Below the pieces are notes generated by a model. That model saw only the letters and a list, made by a program, of their open reading frames with translations, was not told the DNA's origin and made no database searches. A DNA stretch of 64,000 bases from an uncultured Clostridia bacterium (lineage in GTDB: Bacteria; Bacillota; Clostridia; TANB77; CAG-508), in contig CAKOSX010000001.1 in assembly GCA_934119935.1 (NCBI GenBank), positions 268,299 through 332,298 of the forward strand, in the 5' to 3' direction. Below, in pieces: positions 1-8,414 of this stretch. The position numbers and the translations under genes were made by a program. Within the stretch, counting starts at the first letter, position 1. Each line of letters begins with the position of its first letter.

Positions 1-1
1 A

Positions 2-376
2 TGCCAGAAACTAATTGAAAATTTAAAAAATAATAGTGTAACTATTACTGGGGCATATTCAAGCAGTGAATTTGAAAGAAAAACAGTCTCAATAACAGGA
101 GAAGACTCAAACGCACATAGCCAATTAAACGGAACAGATGCTGGAAAATATGCATACTATTACCCAGAATCCTACACGCCATGTTATTACTGTATGGTAT
201 CAGCATCGCAAACGTATTCAACAGATAATATAATTGCAAATACTGTAACCGATACAAATGGTAACAAAGTAAACATTATAAATTTAGGCGGAACAAATCT
301 AAGAAAAATATATTTAACTGCTCTAGCACGTTCAAGATATAATCTATATTTAACAAATGGATACTTTGGATACTAA
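2..376 (+). CDS. 3' end (C-terminal ~125 aa) of a gene that begins upstream of the window; hypothetical protein
   Basis: Continuous open frame from the window edge to TAA at 374-376; the ORF-track entry 194..376 is an internal Met of the same frame; no recognisable domain. Confidence 0.35.
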   Translation, partial: CQKLIENLKNNSVTITGAYSSSEFERKTVSITGEDSNAHSQLNGTDAGKYAYYYPESYTPCYYCMVSASQTYSTDNIIANTVTDTNGNKVNIINLGGTNLRKIYLTALARSRYNLYLTNGYFGY

Positions 377-380
377 AATA

Positions 381-425
381 TGTACAATTTTGTACAATTT
401 GGGGACGGAGAAAAAAATGTACAAA
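381..425. repeat. Copy 1 of TGTACA-flanked motif TGTACAATTTGGGGACGGAGAAAAAAATGTACA (with an extra TGTACAATTT unit at 381-390)
   Basis: 27-nt core GTACAATTTGGGGACGGAGAAAAAA is identical to 31639-31665; intergenic, upstream of the 487 gene. Confidence 0.6.
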
Positions 426-486
426 ATATTTTTCTCTGTTTCCTTGCTAATCTTATAAAGCATCGCATTAACGAAAGGAATTTTAA

Positions 487-1380
487 ATGGAACCAACTGA
501 AGAAATAAGCAAAAAGGCAGAGGTAGTCCTTGAAGAGGTGAAGGAAAAAATAGAAAACGCTAAAGAAGCTGGTAAGCAGGTTCTAAAAGAAAAGTTCGTG
601 ATAGAAGAGCCTGTTGTAAAAATTACATTTAAGCGTTTATTAGCATATTTTATTATATACAGTTTTCTGGGATTCATTGTTGAAACTATATTTGGAATAC
701 TCACTAAAGGTGTGCTAGAAAGCAGACGAAGCTGTTTGTTTGGACCGTTTTGTTGTATATACGGTGTAGGGGCAGCCTTAATGATTCCTGGGCTGCAAAA
801 ATTCAAAAAAAGCAATTGGGGAATATTCATAGCAGGAGCGATAGAGGGGTCTATGGTAGAATATGCTCTAAGTTGGATTGGAGAGGTATTCTTTAAAATA
901 AAATGGTGGGATTATTCGAACATGCCATTTAACATAAATGGTAGAATAACGCTTGTATTTACAATCTTTTGGGGACTTTTATCATTAGGATTGATAAGGT
1001 TCATAAATCCATATATCGAAAAGATGATAAATAAGCTATCGAAGAAATGGTATAATATACTGACGTTTGGATTCACAGCCTTTCTACTAGCAGATTTATT
1101 AATTACTGCTTTTGGGCTTAAAGTTTTTTATACGAGACTTATGAAAGATCATAATCTAAATATAAAAGATGGTCAGGCTTTAATGATAAGTGATGAAATA
1201 ATGGATACTAAGATTGTAAAGGACCTATCTGCAACAATTTTTTCTGATGAGAAAATATTAAAAACATTTCCAAACATAAAATACGAAGATGAAAATGGAA
1301 AGATAGTGTGGATAAAGGACATATTGACTGATATACAACCATATTATTTTAAATTTAGTAATAAATTTAGACTGAAATAA
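487..1380 (+). CDS. Polytopic membrane protein with charged/coiled N-terminus; resembles putative ABC-transporter type IV (CmpB-like, YSFxGxxxE motif) family
   Basis: AAAGGA RBS 8 nt upstream of ATG; FIIYSFLGFIVETIF motif and 5-6 predicted TM helices. Confidence 0.5.
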   Translation: MEPTEEISKKAEVVLEEVKEKIENAKEAGKQVLKEKFVIEEPVVKITFKRLLAYFIIYSFLGFIVETIFGILTKGVLESRRSCLFGPFCCIYGVGAALMIPGLQKFKKSNWGIFIAGAIEGSMVEYALSWIGEVFFKIKWWDYSNMPFNINGRITLVFTIFWGLLSLGLIRFINPYIEKMINKLSKKWYNILTFGFTAFLLADLLITAFGLKVFYTRLMKDHNLNIKDGQALMISDEIMDTKIVKDLSATIFSDEKILKTFPNIKYEDENGKIVWIKDILTDIQPYYFKFSNKFRLK

Positions 1381-1403
1381 ATTACAATTATGGGGGAATT
1401 ACT

Positions 1404-3491
1404 TTGAAAAGAGAAAAGATAGAAGATAAAGTTTTTGTTAGTTTAATAAATGATTTATCAGCATTATCTGAGAATACAAATGAAAATGAATTGGACTCAA
1501 AAAAGATAAATGGAGCATATACATATAAGCTAGAAAATGCACGAGGTGTTGTTTGGGCGTCGAGAGAGGCTGAGGGCAAGTTCTATTCAGAATTTGAGCA
1601 GGTTCAACCTGCCGAGCGAAAATACGCAGTATTTTATAAAATTAAGCCAACTACTTGTGTTGTAAGACCACGAGACATAATAAGTGCTTCGCAACATTTA
1701 CAGAAAGATGTTCAAGATGGTGATTGGCAAGCCGTTAAAAACAAGCTTGTTAAATACATGAGGCATAAAAACAAAAATGATAAAATAGAGAATATTATTT
1801 GTGAAATAGATGATAAACAAGATGTACAAGATTTACATAGATTGTTCAACACGGAATCTGTACAAGAGGTTGTTAAGGCTTATTCAAAGGCTTTCGGTGC
1901 TACATTTTGGAATTACATAAATGAAAAAGATGATTCATTTTTTCAGGTTCCAACTTTGATGATCACAGATAAAACAACCATGACTAATCCAAAAGCAATT
2001 CCAACAGTATCTTATTTAAGACGCCAAATGGGAGCTAATAAATATACTGGCAAGAATACAATGAAAGTAAATGATGAGTATTTAAATGAATTATTGAAAA
2101 AAGACTTGACGGTTGGTATGGCAGTTACACTGCTTAAATTAAGAGAAGGCTTTGCAGAAGATAGAGTAGCAGTGGAGAAAATAGATAAAAAGCTAGAAGG
2201 TTCTTTACTATTAAATAAGGCAATGCAAATTAAAGAACAAGATAAGACAGCAATTGAGCTTTCTATAGTAATTGGCGAAAATAAACGTAAGGCAATAAGA
2301 AAACAAATAATGCAAGATGCACAATTACGTCAGGACTTAAAAAAGGCAAGATTTGATCAAGACCGAATGGACGAGTATATGGCTGTATTTGTTGAAATGA
2401 TGGAAGAACATCAAAGAAAAAAATTATTGGAACCAGAACAAGAAAAAAATGGCATAATAGAAAAAATTCGAGGCTTATTTAATAGAAGAAAAACAAAATT
2501 ATTGCCAGAGGCTCAAAAAGAGCAAAAGGTAAATAGTGAAGATGAAAGAAACAGGAGCTTCGCAGAAAAACTACATGAAACATATAAAGATGAACAGCCA
2601 ATAGTTTATCCATTAAATACAGTAGAAGGAGCAATACAGCAGTTTTTAAATGCATATGCATATGAAACACAAAGGCAAAATGATGATGTATATTCGATAT
2701 TAACGAGCATAGGCGGAAAAGTGGAACACGGTAGAAGTAATCAACAAGAAGAAAGTGCCTTTTTAAGTGAACTAAAGCAAAAAAATCAGATTAATATAAT
2801 TAATCAAAACAATGCTTTCTTCCATTTGCAAACAAAATCATGGATACAAAAGAGATTGCCTATAAATACACGTTTATATATTAATCCTAAAAGGCAAAAC
2901 TTAATACCAATGGTGAGGGAAATTATAAAGAAAAATGGAGAGAAACCGCTATACTTGAAATTTGAATCTGACAATCAAATACAACAAAAAGCACTTCGAA
3001 ATAATGGAAGGAGTGAAAAAATAGTTATTTATGCTAATAATAACGAAAAGTATGGAAATCTTGGAACAATAGGAAAAATTCTTACTACAATTAAAGCAGA
3101 AAATCCAGAATTATTTGATGGATGTGAATATATGAATCCTTTCATGAAGAATATACCATCAATTTGCTCTTATGCTATAGATCCAGCTACTAGTAGGTAT
3201 GTGAGTTTAGATGGAAGAAATATTGAAATATCAAAATCATACAATACTTTTTTAGCCAAAGCATTAGAAGAAAGTTTAGATCATGCACTTGCTGATATAG
3301 AAAAAAGTGGAAAAATAAATGGATTCAATGGCTTTAACAAGGGACAACAAGTAAGAATGATGTTAGAAAGTTCGCCTCAAAGCATTGTAGTTCCTATGAA
3401 AAGATATTTAGCACAGTGTCAAAAAAATAATCCTGCATTAGAAATAAAAGGATTAGAAAAAAATACACAAAGAGAAGAAATAGAAAGATAA
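1404..3491 (+). CDS. Large (695 aa) soluble hypothetical protein, no recognisable domain
   Basis: TTG start 7 nt after GGGGGA RBS; long uninterrupted ORF with protein-like composition; convergent with dacF-like gene. Confidence 0.55.
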   Translation: MKREKIEDKVFVSLINDLSALSENTNENELDSKKINGAYTYKLENARGVVWASREAEGKFYSEFEQVQPAERKYAVFYKIKPTTCVVRPRDIISASQHLQKDVQDGDWQAVKNKLVKYMRHKNKNDKIENIICEIDDKQDVQDLHRLFNTESVQEVVKAYSKAFGATFWNYINEKDDSFFQVPTLMITDKTTMTNPKAIPTVSYLRRQMGANKYTGKNTMKVNDEYLNELLKKDLTVGMAVTLLKLREGFAEDRVAVEKIDKKLEGSLLLNKAMQIKEQDKTAIELSIVIGENKRKAIRKQIMQDAQLRQDLKKARFDQDRMDEYMAVFVEMMEEHQRKKLLEPEQEKNGIIEKIRGLFNRRKTKLLPEAQKEQKVNSEDERNRSFAEKLHETYKDEQPIVYPLNTVEGAIQQFLNAYAYETQRQNDDVYSILTSIGGKVEHGRSNQQEESAFLSELKQKNQINIINQNNAFFHLQTKSWIQKRLPINTRLYINPKRQNLIPMVREIIKKNGEKPLYLKFESDNQIQQKALRNNGRSEKIVIYANNNEKYGNLGTIGKILTTIKAENPELFDGCEYMNPFMKNIPSICSYAIDPATSRYVSLDGRNIEISKSYNTFLAKALEESLDHALADIEKSGKINGFNGFNKGQQVRMMLESSPQSIVVPMKRYLAQCQKNNPALEIKGLEKNTQREEIER

Positions 3492-3496
3492 ATTTA

Positions 3497-3530
3497 GTTC
3501 GAAAAAATGACTGAAAATTTTTTTGAACGA
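3497..3530 (+). terminator. Hairpin terminator after the 1404 gene (GTTCGAAAAAA...TTTTTTTGAAC)
   Basis: Inverted repeat with T-run, 6 nt after the stop codon. Confidence 0.4.
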
Positions 3531-3543
3531 TAGTATATTATAA

Positions 3544-3658
3544 AAGAAGAACAATTTGTATTTTTTAGCCTCAACACGTCGCTCTTGGTCGGGGCTCCTA
3601 ACGGACCCCTCAAAAGGCGAGCTTCCGGTTTCATTAAAAAATACAAATTGTTCTTCTT
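3544..3658. other. Structured element: 23-bp perfect inverted repeats (3544-3566 / 3636-3658) enclosing a GC-rich 69-nt core; possible ncRNA, MITE-like element or bidirectional terminator
   Basis: AAGAAGAACAATTTGTATTTTTT and its exact reverse complement flank GCCTCAACACGTCGCTCTTGGTCGGGGCTCCTAACGGACCCCTCAAAAGGCGAGCTTCCGGTT (about 60% GC in a 28% GC context), between convergent genes. Confidence 0.5.
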
Positions 3659-3749
3659 TAGAGTAGTATGTTTTTCAAAAAAGAAGATTTCAAAGTGATG
3701 AAATGAGCATCCAGTTGGGACACGATGAGTCTCTTTTGAGAGAGTCGGT

Positions 3750-5009
3750 TTATCTTAGCAGGTTAAACCACTTATTTAGTACCAGTTTTGTAATAGTTCC
3801 AATGCTTAATTTATCGACATCTCTACTAGAGACTAAATTCACAGTCAAAACTACATTTCCATTTATCGAGAATTCGACTTCGCCAATTTTTTGATTTTCT
3901 AAAACAGGTGCACTAATAGTATCATCCAATTTTATTTCCTGAGTTATATCATTATTGCTGCCATTCGAAGTAAGAATATCTGCATCGTTTTCCAGTATTG
4001 CATCAATTGAAGAAATAGTCCCTTTTTTTATCATTACAGATTTTATTACATCTCCTTTTTTTCCAAAAGAAGTTACAGAATAATTGCTAAAGCCATAGTC
4101 CAAAAGCTTTTGAGCATTAGAAAATCTTATTGCAGGAGTTGGAGCCTTTAAAACAACTGCGATTAAAGAAAGATTATTTCTGGTGGCAGATGCCGATAAA
4201 TTATATAAGGCGATAGAAGTAGAACCTGTTTTTAAACCTGTACAACCATTATAATTTCTAACTAATTTATTCGTATTTACTAAACTAGATTTGCCATCTC
4301 TTAAGGAATCCATCCATATAGTTGTATATTTTGTAATTGAAGGATGATTCATTAATAGTTCTCTAGACATTATCGCAATATCGTAAGCAGAAGTTAAGTG
4401 ACCATCTTCGTCAATTCCATGGCAATTCTTAAATGTGGTATCATTCATTCCTAATTCTTGAGCCTTTTGATTCATCTTTTTTACAAAAGCATCTTGGCTT
4501 CCTTCGAGATAATCAGCCATTGCAACAACGCAATCATTAGCAGAAACAACGCAAATTGCTTTTAACATCTCCTCAACAGTCAATGTTTCTCTAACATCGA
4601 GCCAAATTTGCGAACCACCCATTTTTGCAGCATCTTCTGTACATGGAATCTTATCTGTTAACTGAATTTTACCAGAATCTAAAGCTTCCATAATTAACAA
4701 AAGACTCATAATCTTTGTAACACTTGCAGGTCTTAATTTCTCATGCATATTATAATCGTAAATAATAAGTCCGGAACTTTGTTCTATAAGGCAGGCTGCT
4801 CCACAATCTAAGGCGAGTGGATTATCTGTAACAGTTGCAGAAGATGAGTTTAAGCCTACACTGGTTTCGGCAGTTTCCAACTTTTTAGATTGGTTAGACC
4901 ACACATATGCCGTGGCATCAGAAACAGCAAGTGCAAAAGTATTAAAAAGTATAAAATGACAAAGCAAAACGATGCAAGCAATATATATAAATTTATTTTT
5001 ATGAGACAT
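3750..5009 (-). CDS. dacF: D-alanyl-D-alanine carboxypeptidase (PBP5 family, DacB/DacF-like), with signal peptide
   Basis: SxxK (SVTK), SxN (SAND) and KTG (KTGST) motifs in canonical order; N-terminal signal/TM. Confidence 0.8.
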   Translation of the reverse strand: MSHKNKFIYIACIVLLCHFILFNTFALAVSDATAYVWSNQSKKLETAETSVGLNSSSATVTDNPLALDCGAACLIEQSSGLIIYDYNMHEKLRPASVTKIMSLLLIMEALDSGKIQLTDKIPCTEDAAKMGGSQIWLDVRETLTVEEMLKAICVVSANDCVVAMADYLEGSQDAFVKKMNQKAQELGMNDTTFKNCHGIDEDGHLTSAYDIAIMSRELLMNHPSITKYTTIWMDSLRDGKSSLVNTNKLVRNYNGCTGLKTGSTSIALYNLSASATRNNLSLIAVVLKAPTPAIRFSNAQKLLDYGFSNYSVTSFGKKGDVIKSVMIKKGTISSIDAILENDADILTSNGSNNDITQEIKLDDTISAPVLENQKIGEVEFSINGNVVLTVNLVSSRDVDKLSIGTITKLVLNKWFNLLR

Positions 5010-5069
5010 AAAAAGTCCTCCTTGCTAGAATATTAGTAAATAATATTCGTGTTAGGAGAAAATATTCAT

Positions 5070-5771
5070 TTAAACTAATTTTACAATTTTTACAGTGAGA
5101 GTAACATCATCTGTTTCAAAATAAAGCTTTATATTGTTATCAGTATTATTTTTAAACTTAAAATCAATAGAACCATATGAAACAGCTGCATCTTTACCGT
5201 CTGGAACATATGAAACATTCTTGCCATGTTCATGACGTTCTGTAACTTTTAAATCTGGAACATCAAGTACAGCATTATACAAAGTGCTACTTACTTGGCA
5301 GTTTCCGCCTCCTAAAGATTGAACTTCTTTACCATCTAAAAACATTGTTGCTTCTTTGTAACCTTCTTCTGCTGTTGAAGGACCGGTTATTTCACAAAAA
5401 GAAAAGGTGTCACCAGTATTTACTGTTGTACCATTCAATTTTTCACATGTGATTCTTATGTTGGTTAACCTATTTGAAGTACTGCCAGAAACCTTTGTGG
5501 AATAAGAAGCAATCTCTTCTTCCTTAACGGCAGGTGAAGCCTCAACGTTGGATAGAACATTTTCAATTCTATTATTAACTTTATTTAATTCTTCTGTATT
5601 GCCAAGAACATTGCTATTTTGTGCAAGTCTGGAAGTGTTGGTGGTACTATTGTAATTTTGATTTTCCTTCTGGCCAAATAAATTGTCTTTAAAAACGAAA
5701 ACTAATATGGCAACGATAATAACGAAAATAATTATATATAAGATTGAATAATTTTTACTTTTAGAACTCAT
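5070..5771 (-). CDS. vanW: VanW-family protein (N-terminal TM anchor)
   Basis: GGGNCQVSSTLYNAVLD-type VanW core; start taken at the internal Met (MSSKSK) preceded by AAAGGGA RBS rather than the ORF-track start 5807. Confidence 0.6.
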   Translation of the reverse strand: MSSKSKNYSILYIIIFVIIVAILVFVFKDNLFGQKENQNYNSTTNTSRLAQNSNVLGNTEELNKVNNRIENVLSNVEASPAVKEEEIASYSTKVSGSTSNRLTNIRITCEKLNGTTVNTGDTFSFCEITGPSTAEEGYKEATMFLDGKEVQSLGGGNCQVSSTLYNAVLDVPDLKVTERHEHGKNVSYVPDGKDAAVSYGSIDFKFKNNTDNNIKLYFETDDVTLTVKIVKLV

Positions 5772-5905
5772 AAAAACATCCCTTTCAAAATTTTTACATG
5801 CAAACAATATGTTTTAAAAGTAGTATGCACAAAAATATGAAAAATATGTAATGAGTTTTATAAAATAATAAATGCTAACGATAAATTATTACAAAAAAAT
5901 TAAAT

Positions 5906-5934
5906 TTGCTGCAAAATGTTGTAATATATATAAT
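5906..5934 (+). promoter_or_regulatory. Sigma-A-like promoter (TTGCTG, 17 nt spacer, TATAAT) for the VirB6-like gene pair
   Basis: -35 at 5906-5911, -10 at 5929-5934, about 50 nt upstream of the 5982 start. Confidence 0.35.
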
Positions 5935-5981
5935 GTTATTATAAAATAAAATGAAGTAATAGAAAATAAAAGGAGCAACAA

Positions 5982-8375
5982 ATGAAATTAAAGGAAAGTA
6001 TAAAGAGAAAATTAAGTATTGCCATTGTCGTAGTTATGATGGTAAGCTTTATGTTTGCAAAAACAGTAAGTGCGAAATCTTTTTTACAATCTGCAGGTGG
6101 AAAATTAATGAAACCTGTTCTAAATTTTGTAGTGTTTATAGGCGATTCAATAATAAGTGCATTAGATTCAAATTTGTATTTGAGAGAATGGGGGTATGCA
6201 AAAACGCCAATAACTAGCATATATATAACAGGAGAGGGAAATACTGTATACAGTGGAAGTGAACATTATGATGGTGAAGATGTAATAGAAGTAAATAAAG
6301 AAATTTTAACTTTAGATATGAATATATTTACTGATGATAGTATAGACACTCCAAAAGGAAAGCTATATTCTCCTTATGAAATTTTCTCTAATAAAGTTCC
6401 ACTGTTTGACGTAAATTTCTTTTCTGATAAAAAATATACATATAAAAAAAGTGTAATTACAGGAATAATTCCATCTGAAGAGGGAAATGGAGGAGGAAAA
6501 ATTGTAACTGAAGATGAATTGGTAGAAGTAGAGTCTGCGTCTGGGGTTCTCCAAAAAACTGTTAGTACCTGGTATATTGCGTTAAGAAATATTGCACTAG
6601 TTATATTATTATCAGTATTATTATATATAGGAATTAGAATAGTTATTTCATCTAATGCTGGCCAAAAGGCACAATATAAACAGATGCTACTTGATTGGGT
6701 TATTGCAGTGTGCTTAGTATTTTTTATGCACTATATAATGAGTTTTGCCGTAAATATAACAGAAAATATCTCTAATATAATATTTCAAATGGGAGATAAG
6801 GTAATTAAAGTTCCGATTACAGTATACTCGGGGTTTACTGGAAGACAAACTAAAAATATTGATATACTAACAAATTTTACTGGTTATTTAAGAGTGATTG
6901 CAGGAATTGCAAATTCAAAAGAACAAACGTTAATAACTGTTGAATATGTGATTATGTATTTAATTACTATAGCATATACCGTAATGTTTACTATTACATA
7001 TTTAAAGAGAGTTGTTTATATGGCTTTTTTGACAATTATTGCACCAATAACAGCGGCAACTTACCCTTTAAAAAAGGAAGGAACAACTGCAGGTCAATCT
7101 TTCTCGTTATGGTTAAGAGAATATATGGCAAATTTATTAATACAACCAATACAGTTAATGATATATATGTTAATAATCAGTAATGCTATGAATTTAGTAG
7201 TAGATTATCCTATATATGCTATCGTTTGCTTAGGATTCTTTATACCAGCAGAAAAAATGGTATTTAAGTTATTTGGAATACAAGCACCTCGATATGCTAA
7301 TTCAGAAGGAATTATGAATTCACAACTTAATATGGCTAGAGGTGGAGCAAGGTTAACTGCAAATTTTGCTGGAAACATTATGCATGGAGTTACTAATGGA
7401 TTAGGAAAAATCAGAACTATGACTATAGGAAAATCTGTAAATGGTAAAAATAGTGTGCCAAAGCTAACGGAAAAGAATAATAAAGAAATTTCCAAGAATA
7501 ATAAGGTTGAGAGAAATGATTTTGTTGGTGAGGATACTAATGAAAAGCAAATAATAAATTTAGAAAACGATAATATAGAAAAGGAAGTCGTAGGAAACAA
7601 ATTAAGAAAATTAGTTAGTGAAAAGAATATATCAAATGTTGGAAAGGGAATAGGAAGTTTTTATGGATCATTAACATCAGCAGGATTAGGTGCTATTTCA
7701 GGAATTATGTCTGGAAGTTTGGAAAAGACAATAGAAAATACGGCAAGTGGGGTGATTAGTGGTGCAAAAAAAGGAGGAAGAATAGGAAGTAATATAGGAG
7801 CGAGTGTGTATAACACTGGTGCAATAGTAAAAAATGTTGCAAATAGCTTATCAAAAACAGAAGAAAAAAAGGAGATAAAGACTGATTATGATTCTGATAA
7901 GGTTATGGAGAGTGTTTATCCAGAGTATGCAAAAAACGGAATATCGAAAATGAATGAATTTAAAGCCGCATATGGTTTGGAAAAAGAAGGAATTGATAGA
8001 AAAGAGGCAATAGCGACTTGTAAAATAGCAAAAAAGATTGGAGATATAAGACAAGATAATGAGACAAAACTAAAATGGCATGAGGAACTAAGCAAAACTC
8101 TTTCGGAAACAGACGAAATACAGAAAATAATGAAAGAACAAAGTGAACTAATAGAAAAGAAATATTCAGAGCAGGAAAAAGGTTTAGAAAAACAACATGA
8201 GAATGATGGAAAAAACAGCAAAGAGTTTAATGATTTATCAAAAAAGCTTGAAGACTTAAAGCAGGAGTTAAAGGATAATAAAGATAATGAACTTAAACAA
8301 GTAAAAGATATACCAATTCGTTATGCAGATAAGATTATAGCACAAGTCGAAGAATATTATGAAAATTTAGAATAA
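5982..8375 (+). CDS. VirB6/TrbL-like polytopic membrane protein, paralog A (ConG/TcpH/Tn916-Orf15-like architecture: signal/TM, about 160 aa external segment, about 6 TM, about 370 aa hydrophilic coiled-coil C-terminal tail)
   Basis: AAAGGAG RBS; topology from hydrophobicity; shares with the next ORF the KTVSAKSFLQSAGG N-terminus, TM core (WYIALRNIA..., FMHYIMSF, LWLREYMANL, IPAEKM) and conserved C-terminal tail. Confidence 0.45.
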   Translation: MKLKESIKRKLSIAIVVVMMVSFMFAKTVSAKSFLQSAGGKLMKPVLNFVVFIGDSIISALDSNLYLREWGYAKTPITSIYITGEGNTVYSGSEHYDGEDVIEVNKEILTLDMNIFTDDSIDTPKGKLYSPYEIFSNKVPLFDVNFFSDKKYTYKKSVITGIIPSEEGNGGGKIVTEDELVEVESASGVLQKTVSTWYIALRNIALVILLSVLLYIGIRIVISSNAGQKAQYKQMLLDWVIAVCLVFFMHYIMSFAVNITENISNIIFQMGDKVIKVPITVYSGFTGRQTKNIDILTNFTGYLRVIAGIANSKEQTLITVEYVIMYLITIAYTVMFTITYLKRVVYMAFLTIIAPITAATYPLKKEGTTAGQSFSLWLREYMANLLIQPIQLMIYMLIISNAMNLVVDYPIYAIVCLGFFIPAEKMVFKLFGIQAPRYANSEGIMNSQLNMARGGARLTANFAGNIMHGVTNGLGKIRTMTIGKSVNGKNSVPKLTEKNNKEISKNNKVERNDFVGEDTNEKQIINLENDNIEKEVVGNKLRKLVSEKNISNVGKGIGSFYGSLTSAGLGAISGIMSGSLEKTIENTASGVISGAKKGGRIGSNIGASVYNTGAIVKNVANSLSKTEEKKEIKTDYDSDKVMESVYPEYAKNGISKMNEFKAAYGLEKEGIDRKEAIATCKIAKKIGDIRQDNETKLKWHEELSKTLSETDEIQKIMKEQSELIEKKYSEQEKGLEKQHENDGKNSKEFNDLSKKLEDLKQELKDNKDNELKQVKDIPIRYADKIIAQVEEYYENLE

Positions 8376-8414
8376 TATATATAAGTTAATGATAAAAGCA
8401 AAGGGGAATAACAG

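Noticed and set aside
45-257. Minus-strand 70-aa ORF at the window start
   Set aside because: It overlaps the + strand frame that is open from the window edge; its composition is that of an AT-rich antisense artefact
7205-8221. Minus-strand ORFs (7205..7600, 7851..8054, 7916..8221) inside the VirB6-like gene
   Set aside because: They are antisense to a long coding ORF with good RBS and coherent domains; their F/S/L-rich composition is typical of shadow ORFs in AT-rich DNA
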